Shown piece by piece: positions 37,532 through 46,487 of a DNA stretch of 54,852 nucleotides. The stretch lies in IMG/VR virus record IMGVR_UViG_3300030376_004261, positions 1-54,852 of that record; one strand, given 5' to 3'. The notes under the pieces were generated by a model that searched no databases, was not told the origin of the DNA, and saw nothing but the letters and a program-made list of their open reading frames with translations. Within the stretch, counting starts at the first letter, position 1. Each line of letters starts with the position of its first letter. Source of the stretch: a virus (taxonomy: Duplodnaviria; Caudoviricetes). Position numbers and translations under genes: made by a program.

Positions 37532-38173
37532 TTAAATATCTCCTGAGCCTGTTGCCGTATCAAGGTTAGTTGTAGTAACTGCACTAACTAATAAAGGTGT
37601 AACCATACTTGTAAATTCTAATGATTGTTCTTGGGTGCCATCTGGAGTTAATGTTATATTGTTTGCAGTCATTTGACAATTTCTCAATGCAAAAATTTCT
37701 TGTGAAGCTTTTAGTTTAACAAGTAATCTGTATCCTATATCAGTACCGGGTTCTTCTAAACCAGTTCTCAAATTAGAACCACCACCATTAGCTTTTAGTC
37801 CATATCTACCAGTGTTACCGTCTTCGTCACCAGAATAAAGTACATCAAATACGACATTCTTTCTTTTGAATGTAAGTGTTAAAGTTGTATTTTTTCGGAT
37901 TTCAGCTTTCAAAGGAGTGTTGTGACCTAGATAGTCAATATCTTCATCCATTGCGCCAATTCCTAAATCTACACCAGTTATATCTACTAAAGCGTCTCCG
38001 GGAAACTCTTGGTTAGTATCATTCAAACTGTTAATACCAAGTGATGTTGTAGGTGATGTAGCACCTTCTGCAGCAATTGTATATTTATTAGTAGTTTCTG
38101 TTATTTTTACAGAGTTACCTGCGAGTTCGGTGGTTATAATAACCTCCACATCTGAACCTAAGAAATATGCCAT
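37532..38173 (-). CDS. Tail tube-like protein, paralogue 1
   Basis: MAYFLGSDV...DITGVD...KAEIRK...GYRL...LRNC; own promoter; synteny. Confidence 0.7.
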   Translation of the reverse strand: MAYFLGSDVEVIITTELAGNSVKITETTNKYTIAAEGATSPTTSLGINSLNDTNQEFPGDALVDITGVDLGIGAMDEDIDYLGHNTPLKAEIRKNTTLTLTFKRKNVVFDVLYSGDEDGNTGRYGLKANGGGSNLRTGLEEPGTDIGYRLLVKLKASQEIFALRNCQMTANNITLTPDGTQEQSLEFTSMVTPLLVSAVTTTNLDTATGSGDI

Positions 38174-38208
38174 ATTTGGAACCTCTACATTTATTTAGTC
38201 ATCAATTA

Positions 38209-38220
38209 TATTTAAAGGTT
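38209..38220 (-). promoter_or_regulatory. Promoter AACCTTTAAATA for the tail operon
   Basis: Exact match to the 17103 motif on - strand; GAGGT SD downstream. Confidence 0.75.
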
Positions 38221-38227
38221 GTGCTAC

Positions 38228-40075
38228 TTAGCTCGTATACCTAGTGCCAAAAAGAGATGACATAGCGGTTCTAAAATCTGTAAAAACGCCCTGTCTTGTT
38301 AAATTAGCTGCTTCTGCTTGTTTAGTTCCTACTTTAGAAGTATAAACAAACGGTCTAATTGATGCAGGTGATTTCCACGTTTTTATATCTCCTGCCCATC
38401 TGTGACTTCTTTTACCTACAAACACTTTATCACTAGCCCAAGTAAAATACCTTTGGGAAAACATAGTTTTGTTTACTTTATCTTCTAATGTTTTACTTTC
38501 TGCAATCCACTCCATAGCCCACTGATGAAATGCATTATTATTAGAAAATTTAGTTTTAGGGTCAAACATATCCTGCCAAGTTCCTGACTGAAATGAACCA
38601 CCATATGCTTCGTTAACTAAAGTAGATAAATGAGTAACGAAATCACCTCTAGACATTATATTAGTATGCATAGTAGGAGCAAAGGGTGTATCAGTAACTT
38701 TACCCGGATATCCTACGTGTAATAATTTATTAGCGTAATAATTTCTATATTGTATAAGTTTACCATCATACTCAAATTGATTTTTGCCACTCATCATTCT
38801 TAATGTACTTCTAGCTGCTTGACCAGCTTTTTCACCTAACATATGATTAGCTGCAGCTTGTCCTATATCCATATTTATACCTACATCTGGTATTAGACCT
38901 CCAGATAAACCTATTTTATCACCCTTATTACTCAATCCTAAAATAAGTAAATCACCAGCACCAGTAGGTATTGCAAATTCGTAATAACCCTTTTTCTTTG
39001 CATCCTTTTCAAATCTTCTTTGAGCCTGTCCTCTTAACTCGAATTGAGTATCTGGATTGTTAATTTCTGCCCTCATTTGTTGTAATATAGGAACAAGAGC
39101 AACAAACCTGTCTTTAGCAGTTTTACCTCTTAAAGCTTTTACACTAGTTGGTAAGGATGATAGTTGGGATGCTATAACTTTATCACCCTTTGTTTGTTCA
39201 CCAAATCTACCTATCAAAGTTTTTTCGGTAACATCTAAACCAGTACTTGTTTTTGTATTTGGACTCAAAGCACCAAGCATTTTACCTTCTTGTGCTTTAA
39301 AAAATTTATCAAACATCTTACCTTCAGGGGTTAATTTACCATTTTTATTTCTGTATATAACATCTATTTGTTGTTCTTTACCAGCTCTTTTAGGCATCAA
39401 TTGTTTTACTTTATCTACTATTTTTTTCTCTGTAGGCCTTTCTTTAAAAGATTTCATTTTATGTAAATGTGGTGCTAAATAAATTAACTTCTCTTCTGTA
39501 GACCTAGCAGTTGTATCTCCAGAACTTCTGATGATTGCTTTGTATCCTATATCCCCCATACGGTCACCAGTCTGTCTTTTTATTCTCATTAACAAGTCCA
39601 TAACAGCTTCTTGTGATTTACCAACAAAATTATGTTGCATCAAAGCTTTATTGTAAAATCTGTGCACTCTCCTCATTAGTTCGTCAGAGTCTTCAGTTTC
39701 TTCATCCATACGCAAATCGCCACCAACTCTACTACTCCAAAAATAATGCGCAGCTCTCCAATTATTCCTAGGGTCACGTTCGTTATCACCGGGTCTTTTT
39801 TTAGAAAACTCACCAGTTCTCCAGTTAAAACTAGTAGTAGATGGAGGTAATTGTTTAGCTTTAAATCTTGCCCAAGTAAGCCAACTAAAAGTTTTTTTCT
39901 TAAGATATTCTTTATCATCAACGTTGTTAGGCGAATACTGTGGTTGCCATCTAAAACTGTATCTTTCGTTGGGATTCTGACCTACCCTACGATACATATA
40001 CTTTACAACATTATCTCTTTTGCGTCTGTATAAAACATTCAAACCAATTCTTATTAATCGTTTACTTCGTTTCAT
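38228..40075 (-). CDS. Large basic hypothetical protein in the neck/tail module
   Basis: 615 aa, coupled to upstream gene; no motif recognised. Confidence 0.75.
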   Translation of the reverse strand: MKRSKRLIRIGLNVLYRRKRDNVVKYMYRRVGQNPNERYSFRWQPQYSPNNVDDKEYLKKKTFSWLTWARFKAKQLPPSTTSFNWRTGEFSKKRPGDNERDPRNNWRAAHYFWSSRVGGDLRMDEETEDSDELMRRVHRFYNKALMQHNFVGKSQEAVMDLLMRIKRQTGDRMGDIGYKAIIRSSGDTTARSTEEKLIYLAPHLHKMKSFKERPTEKKIVDKVKQLMPKRAGKEQQIDVIYRNKNGKLTPEGKMFDKFFKAQEGKMLGALSPNTKTSTGLDVTEKTLIGRFGEQTKGDKVIASQLSSLPTSVKALRGKTAKDRFVALVPILQQMRAEINNPDTQFELRGQAQRRFEKDAKKKGYYEFAIPTGAGDLLILGLSNKGDKIGLSGGLIPDVGINMDIGQAAANHMLGEKAGQAARSTLRMMSGKNQFEYDGKLIQYRNYYANKLLHVGYPGKVTDTPFAPTMHTNIMSRGDFVTHLSTLVNEAYGGSFQSGTWQDMFDPKTKFSNNNAFHQWAMEWIAESKTLEDKVNKTMFSQRYFTWASDKVFVGKRSHRWAGDIKTWKSPASIRPFVYTSKVGTKQAEAANLTRQGVFTDFRTAMSSLFGTRYTS

Positions 40076-40566
40076 CTATAATTTTTAAAAACTACTGAAT
40101 AAACACAACTACCACCATACAACTCTAACTCAGGGTCATATCCTATATCAATCCAATTTCCTAAGTTTCTTTCTACAATCTCTGTTGTTGCAGTAGAAAA
40201 ATCAGTGTCAGTTATACTGTTAGCAACATTTAATAATAAATAGTTTAACAACCTCCTTTGTTTGAACATTGTATCAGGACTACCGTTACCTGTGGTATCT
40301 ATTTGTTTTTGTGAATTTTTATCTATTATAATATGAAAAGTAAATACTAAACCAACTAACTCCCCTGTTTTTGTTTCGCCACCAAAAGATACTTTCTCAC
40401 CCATAAACCTATCAAACTCACCTGAACTTGTTAACTCCATAACTATACAAGGATACTCAGCATCGTTTGCCTCTGGAAACTGAGGGTATACTCTAATCCC
40501 AGAGTGGTCTGCGCGTAGTTTATCTATGATTGCTCTTTCTATAATATTAATGTGGTCTTGTGACAT
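40072..40566 (-). CDS. Tail terminator/completion protein
   Basis: RVYPQFP...YPCIV pattern, size and synteny. Confidence 0.65.
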   Translation of the reverse strand: MSQDHINIIERAIIDKLRADHSGIRVYPQFPEANDAEYPCIVMELTSSGEFDRFMGEKVSFGGETKTGELVGLVFTFHIIIDKNSQKQIDTTGNGSPDTMFKQRRLLNYLLLNVANSITDTDFSTATTEIVERNLGNWIDIGYDPELELYGGSCVYSVVFKNYR

Positions 40567-40895
40567 TACTTCTTCTTCCTTTTACTATTTCTTTTTCTTG
40601 CAGCTGCAGCCTTCCTACCTTTCTCAGGATGCAACTTATTGTGTTTTGCAGGTGTTACCTTTTGTAAGTTAGAACGTCGAGCGTTCTTTGCGGTATGCTT
40701 ACCTTTGTTTTTGTGATGTACTACCTCACCTTTACCTGCGTTAGCTTTACGTCTGTAGTAGTGTGCAGATTTACCACCTTTCCAAGAACCATTAGCTTTA
40801 CCATAACGTGCCATCGGAGACTTCTTACTCCAACGCTTCTTACGGTTAGTTGAAGTATCTTTAAACTTCTTACGGGCGGTTGTACGCGGTGCCAT
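40566..40895 (-). CDS. Very basic protein with HNH-like motif
   Basis: NGSWKGG, EVVHHKN...N...NLQ...HNKLH. Confidence 0.65.
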   Translation of the reverse strand: MAPRTTARKKFKDTSTNRKKRWSKKSPMARYGKANGSWKGGKSAHYYRRKANAGKGEVVHHKNKGKHTAKNARRSNLQKVTPAKHNKLHPEKGRKAAAARKRNSKRKKK

Positions 40896-41814
40896 ATGCT
40901 TGCCTCCTACTATCCCTGCGTCCTTCAGTTCTTACACAACTGAGTGACATAAATTCATCATTGTAATCGTTAATCTCGTGTATACTCCATTCAGCAGACT
41001 TGTAATACTTAACATCTTTGATGGTTAATTTATCTGCGTTATCGCAATTGAACTCTAATCTAAATATCCTTAAATCATTAATGTAGTTAAATGATGCACC
41101 ACTAGTTACAGGTGTGTTATGTCTGGTTCCATTTTGATATATACTTGCACTTGTAGTGCCTGAAGTAAATGGTAAATCAACAGTCAAATAAGTGTCATCT
41201 AATAATACAAAATTATCATTATCCCAATTGACTCTGTATGCAGAACTAGTACCTCCGTGGTAAGACCTAATTGCTTTTAGTTCTACACTACCACTACCTT
41301 TGATTTTAAACTGTAATCTGTCAGCTGCTAAAGTGTTTATAGCTGAAGTTTGAAAAAGTAAATTACCATCGCCAGTTGCAGTAAGTGTCAAAGATTCACC
41401 ATCTGAAGCCACGCTACCTGTACCAGTCCATCCTGTAGTCCCAGTAGTAGGAACTTGATACACAGTCCTATCATAGTCTATAATCTTGTCAAATCCTTCC
41501 GGTTCATTGAATGCAGTCGCCCCGCTAAAGTTTGGGAAGTTTTTAAGAGTACCTAAATTTGGTAAATATATATTTGCTTTACCAGTAACATTGTGTCCTG
41601 CACGTTGTTGTACAAAACTTTTGTCTGTTTTGTTGTGTATGTAAGCACGAACATCTGGCACAATTATTTCTTGGGCAGATATAGTATCTGTTTCTACACC
41701 GTAATTATCTTTACCGTATACAGGAGGTCTATAGTATGTAACTTTGCGAGACTGTCCAGTCTGAAAGCTTAGGCGTTTCAAAAGCCCTGACATATTGATT
41801 CCTATTTTGCCCAT
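40870..41814 (-). CDS. Probable head-closure protein with inserted beta-sandwich domain
   Basis: N-terminal KDNYG and C-terminal WSI..I.D segments around a Thr/Gly-rich insert; follows adaptor. Confidence 0.45.
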   Translation of the reverse strand: MGKIGINMSGLLKRLSFQTGQSRKVTYYRPPVYGKDNYGVETDTISAQEIIVPDVRAYIHNKTDKSFVQQRAGHNVTGKANIYLPNLGTLKNFPNFSGATAFNEPEGFDKIIDYDRTVYQVPTTGTTGWTGTGSVASDGESLTLTATGDGNLLFQTSAINTLAADRLQFKIKGSGSVELKAIRSYHGGTSSAYRVNWDNDNFVLLDDTYLTVDLPFTSGTTSASIYQNGTRHNTPVTSGASFNYINDLRIFRLEFNCDNADKLTIKDVKYYKSAEWSIHEINDYNDEFMSLSCVRTEGRRDSRRQAYGTAYNRP

Positions 41815-41816
41815 AC

Positions 41817-42281
41817 TTAATTACCATAGTTTACACCGCGCGGTCTCTTACGGATATTCTTCGTACTGTCCTCACCAGTAACGTTCTTGTTCCAGTTGAC
41901 AGTTCCAAGGTGTGGGTCTGCATTGTAAGTTGTTGTCTTGATACTTACACCCAGCTTGAACCTCAACATCTCTAAAGCAAGGTCTATAAAATACCTATAC
42001 TCTTTTGTGTCATAATAAACTTCGACATCAGCTAATCTGATTCTTTCGATACCCATTCCGTTTTCAACAACAGAAGCTAAGAAACACGTGTAGTATACAA
42101 CTACTTGGTCATATCCTGCATCTCCACCTAATGTATATGTTAAACTACTTTCTGCTTGAAACCAGTCTACAGACATATTACCTAAGATATCGATATTCTC
42201 ATTATCTAATTCTTCTGATGATATACCTGCTAGTAATCTAACTTTATTTCTAAAAGCCGCATTGAATGTTACACTTGCCAT
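41817..42281 (-). CDS. Head-tail adaptor protein
   Basis: VRLLAG...ELD helical pattern, IRLADVEVYY hairpin; synteny. Confidence 0.6.
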   Translation of the reverse strand: MASVTFNAAFRNKVRLLAGISSEELDNENIDILGNMSVDWFQAESSLTYTLGGDAGYDQVVVYYTCFLASVVENGMGIERIRLADVEVYYDTKEYRYFIDLALEMLRFKLGVSIKTTTYNADPHLGTVNWNKNVTGEDSTKNIRKRPRGVNYGN

Positions 42282-42491
42282 CTACATCATCCCCATTGCA
42301 CCAGCACCACCAGCGGCTGCTACTACAAGAGCTAACCATCGGTGTAACTGATTCTTAATATCATTTTCCCACAACTCGTGGTGATGAAGGTGATTTGTAA
42401 AAAGAGTTTCAAACTTATCCATTCTATTGTAGATGTTTTTTATACGTTCATCTACTCGGATAAGCAACTGTTCTTTTTCTCCTTCATCCAT
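42282..42491 (-). CDS. Small coiled-coil protein with C-terminal TM helix
   Basis: LLIRVDER...NHLHH...WLALVVAAAGG. Confidence 0.65.
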   Translation of the reverse strand: MDEGEKEQLLIRVDERIKNIYNRMDKFETLFTNHLHHHELWENDIKNQLHRWLALVVAAAGGAGAMGMM

Positions 42492-42512
42492 ATTTAAATA
42501 TCCTCAAATTTG

Positions 42513-42524
42513 TATTAAAAGGTT
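42513..42524 (-). promoter_or_regulatory. Promoter AACCTTTTAATA for neck genes
   Basis: One mismatch to the 17103/38209 motif; GAGG SD downstream. Confidence 0.6.
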
Positions 42525-42528
42525 TGGC

Positions 42529-45500
42529 TTATTCTGGAACCAAATGGTTCGCGTTGTCCAAACTAGGTCCTCCTAACCTTATATCTCTATCCTCTGCCGT
42601 GTCTGTTTCTAAACTTAAAGTTGTGTCGTGTCCGGGTGTAAATTGTATAATATCACCAGTACAGTTTGTTACAGTGCCTACAACAGTAAGTTCTTCATTA
42701 GTAACATTTAAGTCATCTATATCTCCAACTATCTGAAAACCGTTTTGTGATTCAAAAGGAACTTTTTGTCCTGAAGCATCACCACCTACTGTACATCCGG
42801 GACCTGCGGTGAAAACTGAAGTAGATTGTGATTCAAATCCACCTGAATTATCATTTAACACTAAAGCACCAGCGCCTAATGCAAATGCACCTGTCCCATT
42901 CATATCAACTACTTTTGCAGTTATTGTTTTATCATTAGCGTTAAAAGTTCCTCCACTATTTATTAACAACTCTGTTGTAAGTGTAAGGTCTCCTCCTGCG
43001 GTTGCAGTTCCGCCTGACTCCATTTGTATTTGTTTTGTGGTTAACGCAGGAAGAGTAACTGTGGTAGGATTTGCTACAATTAAATTCTTTAAATTTGCTA
43101 TACTTGTTGCCGCTGTTCCTACTGTAAATGTTATACTACCTCCTTGAAGAAATAGTTTTTCATTTTCTTCAGAAGCTAATGAACCAGCTATGCTTACGTT
43201 ACCATTTATTTTTAAGTCATTACCAGTTGCACCAACGCCATCTAATGTTATAGTCCCAGTACAAGATAAATGTTTTAATTCTTCATTATCTAAAAAGAAT
43301 ATCTTTTTGCCAGTACCAGACATAAGAAGCGTAGAACTGCCTTGTGTAAATGTTCCTGCTCCTGCCCAAAATGCACTTGTTAATGTTCCTGTGTTTGTAT
43401 TTGAGCTACTATCTTCTAATGATGTTCCTGAACCTTCGTCACATTTATATCTAGCTACTAAACCTGTTGAACTTGCTAAAGTTCCCCCTTGAAACATATC
43501 AGTTCTTATTTGCGCTTGAGTTTTAGCAACATTAAATAATCTTATTTCATCAAGCGAACCTGTATAATAAGTAGCACTACCTTCAGAACCTAAAATTAAT
43601 TGACTTGATGAAGTAGTCATTGTACCTGTTTCTGCCAACGTATTTTCTAATTTACCATCTACATAAATTTTCATACTTGTTTGGTCGTACGTTGCTGCAA
43701 TATGATGCCATTTATCATCATTAACTGTCGAGGTTCCTGCAACTGTTTTGTTAGAACCTGTGAATATTAAGAAATTAGCTTTACCATCTTTGGTTTCTAT
43801 TCTGTAAAAACCGCCTTGTTTAACGACAAAAGTTCCTTGTGCATCTGTAGTTTTGAACCAACATTCTATTGTTAAAGCTGTTGTAAAATCTAAACTGTTA
43901 TCATCCGCAATAACCACTTGGTCATCAGTTCCGTCAAATGTCAAAGCACTTGCGCCAAGCAGACCACCACTGGTAGTAAAATCTCCTGCTACTGTCGTAG
44001 TGTAACTTCCTGCGTTATATGTTGCCCCTGCAGCTATTACCATATCTCCTACAGTTGTATTATCATTCGGTGCAATAATTCCTGACATACACACTCTTTT
44101 TGCAGCAGTGTTGGTAAATGTCCCTGACTCAGTAGCACTACCTGCTCCAAAATTAGTACCCATCCATTTCCATTGGCCATCACTCATATCGTTAAAACCT
44201 GCGGTGTTATTGATTATTGCAGCAGTGCTAGTATTTTGTGTAGTCCCATCAATATTTACTTGATTACAATAAATTAAAGCACCATCACAGTCTATTGTTC
44301 CTGAGTTAGTAAACGTGCTACCAAACCTAGCCCTTTGTCCATTAAAATCTAAAGTATCTCCACTACTTACTGTTACGGCATCAAACTCACAATCCCCATC
44401 TAAGGTAACTTTAGTTCCGCCTCCTCCAGTTGAAGTATCTCTTTGGTAATCTATAAATTTAATATTTATTTCTGTATCAGGAGCTTCGTTGTTCCAATCA
44501 ATAGGGTCTCCTGAACCTGAATCCAATATGGCTGGAAATAATACATTCTTACCGTGAACGTGAGCAGGATTGCCAGTGCTAGTTCCAGCAGGCCTAATAC
44601 CTCCTGATGACCAACCAGCCGTATATGTTCCTTGTGAAGTGTCTGTTCCTAAAGTTAAAGTCTTATTAGCCGCTAAATTCATAAAACCTGCGGTGTTTGT
44701 AAATGTATTTTCGACTGTAACATTATTTTTAAGAAACATATGATAACTGTTTGCTGCTCTGTTATGAGTTAAATTAAAAAATACAGGTTCTACTGTTCCG
44801 TTTTTATTAATCATTTGACTTACATCAGCACTATGGTCAAGTGTTACTGTTCCACTGTTATGTGTAAAAACTCCAAAATTATCCATAGTTACATTGCTTG
44901 TCACACCTGCAAGAGCCATATTACCTCTTGGTGCTGACAAAGTTCCGTTAGCTGCTATCGTAAGTGAACCGTCAAGGTCAAGAGTGCCGTTTACGCAACT
45001 TGCGTTTACTAATCCTGAACCTTGTGCATCATAATCTGTCCCTGTGCCTGAATCTTCAAAAGCACCTGCTGTGTTAGCTGTTGTTCCTGAAGTATAACCT
45101 TCATCAAGTTTCCAATGATGTAAAGGCGTTTGCGGATAATAACCTGAATAAAGTGAAGCTACTTGCTCATCACTAAAGTCGTAATCATATAATCTTAAAT
45201 CTCTTAATTTACCATCAAAAAAATTGCCTGAACTATCCCAATGCCTTCCTATCTTTGCACTATCCGAAGTTGTTGCATTAATTTCTCCAACACTACTTAC
45301 AGTTTCTTGTAATACTCCGTTTTGATATAAATATGCTTTATCATTAGCACCATCTTGAACTATAACATAGTGCATCCAAGTGTTTGTCGGATGAACCTCT
45401 CCAAACTGTGCTTTAAGCGCACCTGCGCTTGTATCTCTTAAAAAATAAAACGGCCTATTAGCTGTTCCAAAAGACATACCTAAAGCAAATGCGGTTTTAG

Positions 45501-46485
45501 AACCCGAATCTTCAAACCCTGTGTTAAATATACGAGTTTCGCTAGCATTGCCATCGTTGTAAACCCAAAGTGCAAATGTTTTTTGTGCAGACTCACTCCA
45601 AGATTCTAAAGGATTATTTATGTTAATAAAATCGTCACTACCATTTAACTCAACAGATGACAAAGCCAAACCCTCTACCTTTCCTTGTGTTACTGTAAAC
45701 GTTCCATCTGTCGTTGTACTATTATCATATACATCTACACTGTATTCATCATATATCCAAGTACCGTTTGTCATTGTTGCATCATAATCGGTTCCTGAAT
45801 CATCGTGGTCCGTTATAGTTTGACCACTGCCTTCGTTTATCTTATACCAAGCTTTCCTGTTGTCTATTCCAAACGTAGCTGAGTCTACATTTATCTTAGA
45901 TGCTAATTGTTTTATTTCTGTTTCAGTAAGTAAATCTCCAAAGAATTTAACATCTGCCACATTACCTTTGAATAAATTTGCTGGACTTGCACTATTCTCA
46001 CCGCCAATCAACCATTGAGCATTAGAAATTGCATTAGATGAATGAGAAGAAATGTCTTGCGTAATTTTAGCTACTCCATTGACATACAATACTGCGTTAG
46101 CACTTCTATCTAATGTAATCGCAATATGTGTCCAACTTCCTAAATTACTAGGGTCTATATCATAATTACCACTGTTACTTGCACTTGATACTCTAAAAAA
46201 CAAATTTTCTGCACTGTTAACTCTTAATGTAAAACTATTAGCAAGACCTGCTTGACCTCTATTTATTAAATGTTGTTCAGCAGTAGATATAGCACCTGCT
46301 TCAAACTTGACCCACATAGATATAGAAAAATCATTAGTTCCAAAATCTAAATCACTTGCAGATGGAACTGTAATATAATCATCACCGCTAAACTCTACAG
46401 TACTGTCAAGATTTACATTAACGTTTGCTGCTCCAAGATTTCCTTCTATTATTCCGCCCGTGCCGTTAAACTCTATATCGCTCAT
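42529..46485 (-). CDS. Virion adhesin/fibre with three LamG (concanavalin A-like) domains and beta-solenoid spacers
   Basis: Three FSISMW/WTHIA/LYVNG-type repeats each followed by a W/Y-K-x-N/D-EG motif. Confidence 0.8.
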   Translation of the reverse strand: MSDIEFNGTGGIIEGNLGAANVNVNLDSTVEFSGDDYITVPSASDLDFGTNDFSISMWVKFEAGAISTAEQHLINRGQAGLANSFTLRVNSAENLFFRVSSASNSGNYDIDPSNLGSWTHIAITLDRSANAVLYVNGVAKITQDISSHSSNAISNAQWLIGGENSASPANLFKGNVADVKFFGDLLTETEIKQLASKINVDSATFGIDNRKAWYKINEGSGQTITDHDDSGTDYDATMTNGTWIYDEYSVDVYDNSTTTDGTFTVTQGKVEGLALSSVELNGSDDFININNPLESWSESAQKTFALWVYNDGNASETRIFNTGFEDSGSKTAFALGMSFGTANRPFYFLRDTSAGALKAQFGEVHPTNTWMHYVIVQDGANDKAYLYQNGVLQETVSSVGEINATTSDSAKIGRHWDSSGNFFDGKLRDLRLYDYDFSDEQVASLYSGYYPQTPLHHWKLDEGYTSGTTANTAGAFEDSGTGTDYDAQGSGLVNASCVNGTLDLDGSLTIAANGTLSAPRGNMALAGVTSNVTMDNFGVFTHNSGTVTLDHSADVSQMINKNGTVEPVFFNLTHNRAANSYHMFLKNNVTVENTFTNTAGFMNLAANKTLTLGTDTSQGTYTAGWSSGGIRPAGTSTGNPAHVHGKNVLFPAILDSGSGDPIDWNNEAPDTEINIKFIDYQRDTSTGGGGTKVTLDGDCEFDAVTVSSGDTLDFNGQRARFGSTFTNSGTIDCDGALIYCNQVNIDGTTQNTSTAAIINNTAGFNDMSDGQWKWMGTNFGAGSATESGTFTNTAAKRVCMSGIIAPNDNTTVGDMVIAAGATYNAGSYTTTVAGDFTTSGGLLGASALTFDGTDDQVVIADDNSLDFTTALTIECWFKTTDAQGTFVVKQGGFYRIETKDGKANFLIFTGSNKTVAGTSTVNDDKWHHIAATYDQTSMKIYVDGKLENTLAETGTMTTSSSQLILGSEGSATYYTGSLDEIRLFNVAKTQAQIRTDMFQGGTLASSTGLVARYKCDEGSGTSLEDSSSNTNTGTLTSAFWAGAGTFTQGSSTLLMSGTGKKIFFLDNEELKHLSCTGTITLDGVGATGNDLKINGNVSIAGSLASEENEKLFLQGGSITFTVGTAATSIANLKNLIVANPTTVTLPALTTKQIQMESGGTATAGGDLTLTTELLINSGGTFNANDKTITAKVVDMNGTGAFALGAGALVLNDNSGGFESQSTSVFTAGPGCTVGGDASGQKVPFESQNGFQIVGDIDDLNVTNEELTVVGTVTNCTGDIIQFTPGHDTTLSLETDTAEDRDIRLGGPSLDNANHLVPE

Positions 46486-46487
46486 AT

